Assembly (NCBI GenBank): GCA_002269645.1
Contig: NIVC01000087.1
Span: forward strand, 620,001-684,000
DNA: 64,000 bases
DNA from: Macrostomum lignano
Lineage: Eukaryota
Direction of reading: 5' to 3'
Shown piece by piece: positions 1 through 11,184 of the stretch. The translations under genes were made by a program, and so were the position numbers. Within the stretch, counting starts at the first letter, position 1; each line of letters opens with the position of its first letter. The notes beneath the pieces were generated by a model. It was not told the DNA's origin and ran no database searches. It saw only the letters and a program-made list of their open reading frames with translations.

Positions 1-378
1 GGACATTGCATGTTGGCAAGCGAACAGCTATACGAAATAAATACTAATATAACATTAATACAATCTACAGGAGAGTTATATCGTTACTTCGCTTATAATA
101 TATCAGTTCATGCTCAGCAATTACACAAAATATTTAACTGCTCAAAAACAATTGTATAAAACTGAGTAAACAGTGCGTAGAAACCTGGTAAAAAGTTATG
201 CAGTCGGACTAGAAAAAACCGTTTGCTTTGCATCTTGAAAAACAATATAAACAAAAGGAAAGTCGATTCGTTCAACAATACATTGTTGGTGAGACAATGC
301 GACTAGAGAGTGAGTCAGAGTAGTACAATGCGAGGCTCGTGTATGCCAATTGTCAAGCAGCTACTGGCTTTTAACATC

Positions 379-1147
379 TGATGGGATGGGGCGATTCTTG
401 ATTGGGATGGGGCGATTCTTGATTGGGATGGGGCGATTCTTGGATGGGATGGGGCGATTCTTGATTGGGATGGGGCGATTCTTGGATGGGATGGGGCGAT
501 TCTTGATTGGGATGGGGCGATTCTTGATTGGGATGGGGCGATTCTTGGATGGGATGGGGCGATTCTTGATTGGGATGGGGCGATTCTTGATTTGGATGGG
601 GCGATTCTTGATTGGGATGGGGCGATTCTTGATTTGGATGGGGCGATTCTTGATTGGGATGGGGCAATTCTTGGATGGGATGGGGCGATTCTTGATTGGG
701 ATGGGGCGATTCTTGGATGGGATGGGCGATTCTTGATTGGGATGGGGCGATTCTTGATTTGGATGGGGCGATTCTTGATTGGGATGGGGCGATTCTTGGA
801 TGGGATGGGGCGATTCTTGATTGGGATGGGGCGATTCTTGATTTGGATGGGGCGATTCTTGATTGGGATGGGGCAATTCTTGGATGGGATGGGGCGATTC
901 TTGATTGGGATGGGGCAATTCTTGGATGGGATGGGGCGATTCTTGATTGGGATGGGGCGATTCTTGGATGGGATGGGGCGATTCTTGATTGGGATGGGGC
1001 AATTCTTGGATGGGATGGGGCGATTCTTGGATGGGATGGGGCGATTCTTGATTGGGATGGGGCGATTCTTGATTGGGATGGGGCGATTCTTGATTTGGAT
1101 GGGGCGATTCTTGATTGGGATGGGGCGATTCTTGATAGGGATGGGGC
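379..1147. repeat. 21-bp minisatellite (GATTGGGATGGGGCGATTCTT)n
   Basis: Direct reading; explains ORFs such as (MGRFLIG)n and (KNRPIPI)n. Confidence 0.95.
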
Positions 1148-1304
1148 GGTTCAAGAGGTATGAAGAAGCAATTTTCTGGTAGCGCGAAAGGCAGACTATT
1201 CCAATTTTAAGTATATTCGTCGAATGAATAATAGCGAAGCACACATTTCGCGGCGGAAGAAGACGGGTGAAAGCAGTAGCAACATCCAGCGGGCGGCTAC
1301 GCAT

Positions 1305-4300
1305 TCACAAATCCGTTCTCTCAGGGTGCATGCAGGAGGCGTAGGACGGCGGCAGGGTGGTTGAGACCTCTTCCAGCGGCGGCGTCACCGCATCCCGACC
1401 GTGCGGCGCTCTGCCGCCTGTTTTGCCGCCGCGATGCCGCGAATTTGACGACGGAGCGGCGAAGGCAACGGCGGCGCCGCCGGGATCGCCTGTAGGGTTG
1501 AGCAACTCGTCCGCGGCGCCGTCAAAGTCGTAGACGATGCCGCCGCCGCCGCCGGCGCCGCCGAGGCCGATGCCGGCGTGTCTCGGACTCGGCGCCGGCG
1601 CCTTGCAGCAGCGGCGCATGCAGGCGATTCGTTGCCTGCGAAATACGCTGTCCAAGGCTAGCAGGACCAGTATGATGAGCCCGGCGCCAAGGACCACTAT
1701 GAATACCTGGACGGGATGCCATGATAATATGGTATACGGCTCCGGTTCAAGACTTTGTTTTTCGGGTAGAGGCGGTTCTCATTGGGGTGGGGGCGATTCT
1801 CATTGGGATGGGGGCGATTCTCATTGGGATGGGGGCGATTCTCATTGGGATGGGAGCGATTCTCATTGGAATGGGAGCGATTCTCATCGGAATGGGAGCG
1901 ATTATTATTGAATGGGAGCGATTCTCATTGGGATGGGACCGTCTCGTTGGGATGGGGGCGATTCTCATTGGGATGGGAGCGATTCTCATTGGGATGGGAG
2001 CGATTCTCATTGGAATGGGGGCGATTCTCATTGGGATGGGAGCGATTCTCATTGGGATGGGAGCGATTCTCATTGGAATGGGAGCGATTCTCATTGGGAT
2101 GGGAGCGATTCTCATTGGGATGGGAGCGATTCTCATTGGAATGGGAGCGATTCTTACTGGGATGGGAGCGATTCTTACTGGGATGGGAGCGATTCTTACT
2201 GGGATGGGGCGATTCTCATTGGGATGGGGGCGATTCTCATTGGGATGGGAGCGATTCTCATTGGAATGGGGGCGATTCTCATTGGGGTGGGGGCGATTCT
2301 CAGTGGGATGGGAGCGATTCTCATTGGGATGGGAGCGATTCTCATTGGAATGGGGGCGATTCTCATTGGGATGGGAGCGATTCTTACTGGGATGGGAGCG
2401 ATTCTTACTGGGATGGGACGATTCTCATTGGGATGGGAGCGATTCTCATTGGGATGGGAGCGATTCTCATTGGGATGGGAGCGATTCTTACTGGGATGGG
2501 AGCGATTCTTACTGGGATGGGGCGATTCTCATTGGGATGGGAGCGATTCTCATTGGGATGGGAGCGATTCTTACTGGGATGAGAGCGATTCTCATTGGAA
2601 TGGGGGCGATTCTCATTGGAATGGGGGCGATTCTCATTGGGATGGGGGCGATTCTCATTGGGATGGGAGCGATTCTTACTGGGTTGGGGCGAATTTCATT
2701 GGGGTGGGGGCGATTCTCATTGGGATGGGAGCGATTCTTACTGGGATGGGGCGATTCTCATTGGGGTGGGGGCGATTCTCATTGGGATGGGAGCGATTCT
2801 TACTGGGATGGGGCGATTCTCATTGGGGTGGGGGCGATTCTCAGTGGGATGGAGCGATTCTGATTGGGGTGGGGGCGATTCTCAGTGAGATTATCAGTCA
2901 AGTGGAGACTCTTGCCTAGACTTCAGTAAGTGGTTATAAATCAATAATCATCCAAAATAAACAAACCTGGGTCTGAGAGACATCCGAAAACAGTCCACCA
3001 CTGTTGCCGCCGGCGGCCTCGGGCGCCGCAGCAGGTCTCGTGGTCGTGGCTGCGTCGGCACTGCACAGGCTGTCGAACACGGAGCTGGTGCAATTAGTAG
3101 TTGCCGCCTGGTCAGGCCGGGCAGTCAGCTCGCCGACCTGTTCGCCGGTTTTGGAAGCGGCTGCCGCCAGAGCCCGGGAGCACATGGCGCAGAACTGGGC
3201 CCGTCTGCCAGGCAGCCCGGCCTGCGGCGTTGGCAGCGGCTGTGGCTGCTGCTGGCGCATTGGCGATTGGCTACAGTAGCTGGATTACTGGCCACCGGAG
3301 TCCGCTTGAAGGAGTTCAAATCAGCGATAATTGCATTGCTGTGTTCAGGGTGTGTTGATTCCAAGTAAAATAATCCCCAGATATCCCAATTCAGATTCCC
3401 CAGATATCCCAAATAAGATTCCTCAGATATCCCAATCCAAATTCCCCAGTTATTGAAATCCCAATCTCAATTCACATTCCCCAGTTATTGAAATTGCAAT
3501 CTCAATTCAGATTCCCCAGTTATTGAAATCCCAATCTCAATTCACATTCCCCAGTTATTGAAATTGCAATCTCAATTCAGATTCCCCAGTTATTGAAATC
3601 CCAATCTCAATTCACATTCCCCAGTTATTGAAATCCCAATCTCAATTTAGATTCCCTAGTTATTGAAATCCCAATCTCAATTCAGATTCCCCAGTTATTG
3701 AAATCCCAATCTCCATGCATGCTGGCAACAATTGCAATAATCTACTAAGGAAATGAGCTGAAAAATCCAGGCACTTCTATTCTTCCTAGGCGTGGCGCAA
3801 ATCCCATCTGCCAAGGTGCTGCGCCGCGCCGAATAAGCTTTTCAAAGCTGATATTGTCCCTTCTCTAGTCTACTGTTTACTGGTCTATATTGTCCTAAAA
3901 GCGGCATATTACTATTTTCAATACGATTGTATCAATTAGACAAAATACTATGTGGGGACTCGGATGGCCTTCAAACAGAATGAAACAAAATTTGTTATGA
4001 ATTTGACAGATTTTTACATGACAGGAAACGAGGCAAATAAACATGGATAGACACAGACGGCAGACACAGACAGACAGACAGACACTAAGACAGTCGGACA
4101 GGCAGACACTAAGACAGTCGGACAGGCAGACACAAAGTCAGACGGACAGACAGACACAAAGTCAGACGGACAGACAGACACTAAGACAGTCGGACAGACA
4201 GACACTAAGACAGACGGACAGACAGACACTAAGACAGTCGGACAGGCAGACACAAAGTCAGACGGACAGACAGACACAAAGTCAGACGGACAGACAGACA

Positions 4301-4972
4301 CTAAGACAGTCGGACAGACAGACACTAAGACAGTCGGACAGACAGACACTAAGTCAGACGGACAGACAGACACTAAGACAGTCGGACAGGCAGACACAAA
4401 GTCAGACGGACAGACAGACACTAAGACAGTCGGACAGACAGACACTAAGTCAGACACAGACAGACAGACACTAAGTCAGACGGACAGACAGACACTAAGA
4501 CAGTCGGACAGACAGACACTAAGTCAGATATTAAGACAGACAGACAGACAGACAGACAAACAAACAAACAAACAAAAAGACAGACAGACAGACAGAGAGA
4601 CAGACAGACAAAAACGAAAAGACAGACAGACAGACAGAGAGACAGACAGACAAAAACGAAAAGACAGACAGACAGACAGACAGAGAGACAGACAGACAAA
4701 AACGAAAAGACAGACACTAAGATAGACAGCAGACAGAGAGACAGACAGGCAAGCAGACACTAAGACAGACAGACAGACAGACAAAAGCAGAGACAAACAA
4801 ACAAAAAGACAGACAGACAAACAAACAGACACACAGACCAGGTCAGGATCAGCAATAGGATATAAATCACACAGCAGCTTAGCCCCTAAGCGACACAGGA
4901 CATTTTTCTGTCTCACCTAAAAATACCGTCCGCAGCAAAGCAAGCGAAGCCAGACAACGCGAGTAAAATTAG
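1305..4972 (-). CDS. Orphan single-pass type I membrane protein (signal peptide, short Cys-containing ectodomain, TM helix, cytoplasmic PPxY motif); 3 coding exons
   Basis: Exon 4972-4917 (ttctag|CTA...TTT AG|gtgaga) = [18 protein letters not shown]. Exon ~3279-2967 (phase 2 in; ...SDVSQTQ|gtttgt). Exon 1706-1305 (gtccag|[26 protein letters not shown]...[16 protein letters not shown]). Splice phases are compatible and codons GC3-rich. No start Met found; the exon 2 acceptor is uncertain. Confidence 0.6.
1771..2885. repeat. 21-bp minisatellite (CATTGGGATGGGAGCGATTCT)n, intronic, related to the 379-1147 array
   Basis: Direct reading; lies in the 2966-1707 intron. Confidence 0.95.
3375..3713. 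repeat. 35-bp minisatellite (CCCCAGTTATTGAAATCCCAATCTCAATTCAGATT)n
   Basis: Units start at 3444, 3479, 3514 etc. Confidence 0.9.
4045..4835. repeat. CAGA-based compound micro/minisatellite (GACAGACAGACACTAA variants)
   Basis: Direct reading; a similar tract lies at 5972-6121. Confidence 0.9.
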
Positions 4973-6724
4973 CTAGAAACAGAAAGAGAAGACGAAAGCC
5001 AGAAAGTCACAAGCAGATGAGCAGAAGCCGCGCCGAGAGCTTTAAAATGGCCCAAGAGATGGGGTGGGGCTGCAGGGAGACTAAAGCCGCTCGTTTTACA
5101 AAAAGAGAGGAGGCGGATGAAGCGAGGCCGTGTCGAACAGTATATATAGTGAAGCTGCGGGGCCCGTCTCTACAGATAGAGTTAATAGGAAGAGAGACAC
5201 GGCGGCTCCGTGTGCAACAGTGAGACACACTGCGACAGGCGCCCAAGCCAATGATAAATGAAAGGTGGGGATTGAGAGCGGGAAAGAGAGATTCTACTTT
5301 CGCCTTTGAATTCAGAGATAAGGAGTCACGTGCTCAGCTATAGGGCACGGGGAGTAAATGAGAACAAGATGGACTGCCTCTCTAGCCGATCCTAATTATC
5401 GCAATTAAACTTTTTTCTAAGCGAAATTGCTTCATTACTGACCATAAATGGAAGGTAACCAGCTTACAGCCATCTATTTACCAGTAATAAGAGTAATATC
5501 GTATTGTATAGAAGCGTGTGAACTCTGACAATGGAGACAATAGGGAATTCTTTAATGGCCAGCCCAAGCAACGAACAAAGAAGCATCAGAGTAACAAAGA
5601 AGCATTTATTCCGACAGACAATTCACATTCAGTCCGAGACTTGAAAGAATTTTTTAAAACCCGAAACCCCATTTCTGTCCCAAGTTCGGCTTAAAAGCTG
5701 TTAAAAAACTTTGACGAAGTACTCATTCCTATGTTATTAGCGTAAAAGTTAAGATCAATCGATAGCCTTTTGAGGTGCGAATTTGGGAAGCTACCGCTTG
5801 CTTTTACCGCGCCTACGTTTCAATTAAGCCCTGTTAATTGCATGCACAGGGAAATACGGCTAAGGACGTTAAAAGGGCAGACAGACACTTTCAAAGGCTG
5901 GACAGGGAGCCAAGAATGACCCCTACAGTGACAGAGACAGGCAGACATGTTGGAAAACATTTAGACAAGCAGAAGATAGACGGACGGACAGACAGACACT
6001 AAGACAGACAGACAGACAGACACTAAGACAGACAGACAGACAGACAAACTGACAGACACACAGATACAGACAGACAGATACAGACAGACAGACACTAATA
6101 CACAGACAGGCAGACAGATACACGGACAATTTTCACAGGTGAAATCATAGGTCAAGCAGGGTATCATGTGATCCTGACGAGAGAATGGCCCATCCGCAAC
6201 ATACTAATTGAGAAGAAGAGGCCGGTAGAGAATATCAAGCCGCTGACGTCATGCATCACAGCCCGATGCGGCCTAGGAAAGGCAGCGATTGTATCCGTCT
6301 GCAGATTACAGGGCAGGGACGCGGCGCGGTTAAACAAGCAGAGCTAGTGGAAAACCGCACAAATTAATGCAACAAGGGACAGCCGACCTGACAGGTGGCA
6401 AAGAATTGCGTATAAGATCTGCATCCGCACGCCTATCGAGTTAAAGGAAAATTCTAGTGCACAACAACATCTCCTGAGACGCTCAATGAATGAAAGTGCA
6501 ACGTGAGTAGCCAAATATGAGCAGTGTTAACGTAAACAAAAATCCCTTTTGGCTATCGATAAGGGAGTTTCGTATTTAGTTTATTTTTGAGAATTTATGA
6601 CCTAAGCAAATCGTTTTCTTTCCTAATTTGAATGCAACAACCTTATCCTTTTAAGTCTGCGATGCAACCTCAAAAATTATTTCTACAATAACAACAACTT
6701 TTTCGTTTTGCTGTTCTTAACAAG

Positions 6725-7222
6725 ACAGTGCCATTGCGATTCTTAACAACAGAGTGCCATTGCGATTCTTAACAAGAGAGTTACATTGCGATTCTTAAAA
6801 AGAGAGTGACATTGCGATTCTTTAAAAGAGAGTGACATTGCGATTCTTAACAGGAATAGTGACATTGTGATTCTTCACAAGAGAGTGACATTGCGATTCT
6901 TAACAAGAGAGTGACATTGTGATTCTTAACAAAAAAGTGACATTGCGATTCTTAACAAAAAAGTGACATTGCGATTCTTAACAAGAATAGTGACATTGCG
7001 ATTCTTAACAAGAGAGTGACATTGCGATTCTTAACAAGACAGTGACATTGCGATTCTCAACAAGAATAGTGACATTGCGATTCTCAACAAGAATAGTGAC
7101 ATTGCGATTCTCAACAAGAATAGTGACATTGCGATTCTCAACAAGAATAGTGACATTGCGATTCTCAACAAGAATAGTGACATTGCGATTCTCAACAAGA
7201 ATAGTGACATTGCGACTCTCAA
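6725..7222. repeat. 26-27-bp minisatellite (GTGACATTGCGATTCTTAACAAGAGA)n
   Basis: Unit spacing 26 (6806/6832) and 27 (7042/7069). Confidence 0.9.
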
Positions 7223-8689
7223 CAGTATTGGCACGCTTGTATGTGCTCAGGTGTCAGCGCAATGAGCAGAATTGCCGTCAGCGCTGGTTGCAAGACAATG
7301 TCGTTGAAGGCGTTGGGCCAGGGTGCCAGAAAATACTACTATAGAAGTTCAGCTGCAGACTATGCTCACAAGCCCTTCCTATTAAGTTCATACAGAAATA
7401 AATGACAACAAGAAATACTTTTTGGCGAACTAAAATATAAGAGTCACGCTTTGACTTATTAATTATTCAATCAGAATTAGATGGTCAATCAATAGTGTAC
7501 CAACTAACACATACCAGACCTCCAAAAACAGGAAGGATGGAATGGCAAGCAGGGATTGCAATTATTAAAATACGGTACAGCACTATAAAATTCCCATGAT
7601 TGCACTCGACAATACAGCCAACAGAAAGCTTAAGCCAAATAAACACTTAAAATTGACACAGAGAAAAAATACTGTGCATTTTATTTTTCTAAAACAAAAG
7701 CTAGCTAATTAAAACTACTGCAAGTAGTGAGAACTCTCTCAAAATAATATTTAAAAAATCGATGCAAAAATTGCGAAAATTTTAGGAAAAAACGGAATTC
7801 GATTTTTAAACAAAATTAGGCAAACAGTAATAGAGAAATGGAGACAATAAAGCGGAATTGCCAACATCCGGAATGGAGTGGATCTGCCCTGTCTGTACGC
7901 TCACCGCAAACTGCATGCAAATAATGATAGATTAATTTTAATTGACACACACAAGCCTAGACGTAACTCCGTTACTACTGCATAAGGGTTATAAACAGTT
8001 TTTACTGAAAAATACAATACTTTATTTGTTAAAATGAAAAAGATAGAATACCGATTTAAGAGGTCACAATTAATGTGATATTAACTTCTTATAAAAAACT
8101 AAATACTACTATTCATAGTAGTACGTTAGTGTAGAAAATTTCACGGCAAAAGTGCAAGTTTACAACGTCAGCATCGTGTTGCCAATAGCAACAAAGCAAT
8201 ACTTATTATTGTTTAACCATCACAACCACAGCAACTGCCAAGCACTTTAAACAAACATGGTTGGTGGTTGCTACGAGTATGCTTCATTGAAACATTTGAG
8301 GAGATGAATTGTTCGGACAAATCGAAAGTAATTTCGGTTTCTCTTCATTTTTATTTTGTAAAGCAGCTTGCCAGTACATGAAAGTTTAATAAATATTCAA
8401 TAAATTTTATTGTATAGCCTTACATGCTTGGGCGCAATCACCCGGACGTTTCTATTGGCAACACACACATGTAAGTCGCTATTGGACAGAATAGTCACGT
8501 GACTGCTCTCAGCCAATGGCTGGGTGATTGGCCCAAGGTTGCGCATATATGGGCTTAGCCTAATGAGAAATTAATAACATGCGTCATGCTTATGCTATGT
8601 TTACTGACAAAAATATAATTACTAAATCAAGTATTGTGTAACCATGGCAACGGATAAAGACTCAGCCTACAATTGTCATCGGCATTAGC

Positions 8690-10076
8690 CTAATTATAGC
8701 CCTCCTCCTTCTTGCCGTGCTTGATCGTGCGCGCAAACTCGGCATAGTCGAATCGGCCGTCGCGAACCGGGGCGCCGTGCAGCAGTTCGTCGACCTGCTC
8801 GTCAGTCCACCTGTCGCCCATAGTGGTGAGCATCTCGCGCAGCTGCTCCTCGGAGATGACGCCAGTTCCTTCCGGATCGAAGCAAGCAAACGCATTTCGA
8901 ATTGTCTCCTCCGGGTCGCTGCCGGACATTTTCTCGCCGAACAGAGTGAGGAACATGGTGAAATTGATGGGGCCAGGGGCCTCCGCCAGCATTCTTTCCA
9001 CGTATGGCTGCAGGCCGGCTTCGTCGCGGCCGAGAGAGACCAGCATCTCGGACAGATCCTCGCTGTCGATCACGCCGTCCTTGTTCGTGTCGATCATGTT
9101 GAATGCCTCCTGGGCGATTACGGGTAGGGAGCAAATATTTTATTGGAGATAGACCTTCGATATCTAGATCCCACACCTTTTGACCAATGTATCTATATCA
9201 TTAATTCTCTAATGGGATTTCTATCTCTAATCCTCTATAATGGAATCTCTATTCCAAATCCTCAGAAATGGGATCTCTACCTCTAATCCTCAATATTGAG
9301 ATTTCTACCCCTTATCCTCAACAATGGAATTTCTATCACTAATCTTCAATAATGAGATTTCTATCCCTAATCCTCTATAATAGAATCTCTATTCCTAATC
9401 CTCAATAATGAGATTTCTATCCCTAATCCTCAACAATGGGATTCCGATCCTTAATCCTCAACAATGGGATTTCTATCCTTAATCCTCTATAATGGGATTT
9501 TTATCTCTAATCCTCAACAGTGGAATCTCTATTCCTAATCCTCTATAATAGGATTTCTATCCCTAATCCTCTATAATTGGATTTCTATCCCTAATATACA
9601 ATAATGGAATCTCTATTCTCAATCTGCGATAGTAGATATTTATTGACCAGCAGCTGCCATACAAAATTCAACTCTAAACAACGAAAACAACAAATAATGA
9701 CAACAAAAATATTTGTACAAAGACAGCATTAAAATCCGGGTCGCTTAGATAGTGAAAAGGTGGGACACGATGCTAAGACAGCGATAGAACCCTTTACGAC
9801 TTCCGTCCACTGGCCTGCTTATATTAGAAAGCTAAGCAATTTCAGCCGAACAATGCGGACGATAATTGTAAAGGATTCCAGTGCCAACTGTCACAGTGAG
9901 TGCGTGGTGGCAGGTGATGGGGCACAGAGAGGCACAGATGCAGTGCAAGATTGCTTGTTAAACAATTCTACCTTGAACTCCTGCACTGACTGTTCGGTGA
10001 ACATGCTGAACACATTGCTAGTGTATCTCTGCGTCCTCTGCTTTGGACCACGCCGCCTTGTAGCTGCTTTCGACAT
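8690..10076 (-). CDS. MYL9/MYL12-like (sqh): Myosin II regulatory light chain (smooth/non-muscle type, EF-hand), 174 aa, 2 coding exons
   Basis: Exon 10076-9972 [35 protein letters not shown]|gtagaa joins in phase 0 to exon 9109-8690 cag|[19 protein letters not shown]...[16 protein letters not shown]...[20 protein letters not shown]. Hallmark RxTSNVF, EFKEAF-DxNxDG and PINFTMFL motifs are present. Confidence 0.96.
9215..9620. repeat. 28-bp minisatellite (TAATCCTCTATAATGGAATCTCTATTCC)n in the MRLC intron
   Basis: Unit spacing 28 (9368/9396). Confidence 0.85.
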
Positions 10077-10234
10077 TTTGTTGCTCTTGCTGCAGAGAAA
10101 AGACTTCATAATAATAGTTCTTTTTAACTAATGATGCCTAGGGCAACTAACATTCATAAGTAGGGTTTCGAAGTTATCTTATATCCGTATCTGTATCTAT
10201 ATCTCCCTATTTTTTCTAAATGTAGACTCTTGAG

Positions 10235-10440
10235 AGGATTGCTGAAGTGCTATGATTTATAGAGAGAATTGTTGGGATTTCAAGGCTCACAGAAGGGAAT
10301 TGCTGAAATGCTATGATGTATAGAGAGAATTGTTGGGATTTCAAGGCTCACAGAAGGGAATTGCTGAAATGCTATGATTTATAGAGAGAATTGCTGGGAT
10401 TTCAAGGCTCACAGAAGGGAATTGCTGAAATGCTATGGCT
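10235..10440. repeat. 61-bp tandem repeat, ~3 copies
   Basis: AGAGAGAATT at 10261, 10322, 10383. Confidence 0.85.
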
Positions 10441-10996
10441 CATGGGGATTGCTCAGATGTCTAGAGTTAATAAGGAATTGTGGGTAGATCAAGCATCAAA
10501 AAGAGTTAAGGGTTAAGGTCAAGCAATGGCTTGAAGGCTTTGATGTTAAACTCAAAGGTGATGCTACCATCATAGGCTTAATAGTTAGCTTTTAGGTTGG
10601 ATTTTTCTTGCTTTAAACATTATTTTCCTATAAAAATCTAACAAATTAACTATGTGCAATCAAAAGCTACATATAGAAGATTGTTAATAACTTAAACTAT
10701 ATTCTCTAAGTTTAACTTTTCAAGTTGATTTTTTACCTATATGATTTTTGGCAAAATAATATATTAGCAAATATTTCTTAGGCAAAGTATTATAATGTTT
10801 CAGCAAATTAATGATTTAATAAATTTTAGGGCTGTTTCATTTGAAGATGCAATGCTATCCATTTAAATTTGGCTCTATGTGTGAATTGACCTATTGGAAT
10901 AAACCTTTGAAAATATATGGACATGCATCAAGGGTCCAGCAAAAATGTACCACGGGGTCACTTTAAGAGTCACTTTGTTATTATTACTTATATTTC

Positions 10997-11184
10997 CAGT
11001 GGCGCAACCAGGGGAGGGGGCGGGGGGGGGGGGGGTCGCCCCCCTTAGGCAGGGGACCAAAAAAAATCAAAGGGGGACCAAGCGAATTTTTGCCAAAAAC
11101 AGAGCCACCCCTTCGCCGCCCCCCTCCTGGGACTTTACCCTCCGAATCCGCCCCCCCCTTGAAAAATTTCTGGTTGCGCTACTA
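10997..11184. mobile_element. hAT-type MITE (188 bp) with 8-bp TSD
   Basis: TIRs CAGTGGCGCAACCAG / CTGGTTGCGCTACTA; TATATTTC duplicated at 10989-10996 and 11185-11192. Confidence 0.85.

Noticed and set aside
315-2919. Long ORFs (KNRPIPI)n, (MGAILIG)n, (WDGSDSH)n
   Set aside because: All derive from 21-bp arrays open on both strands.
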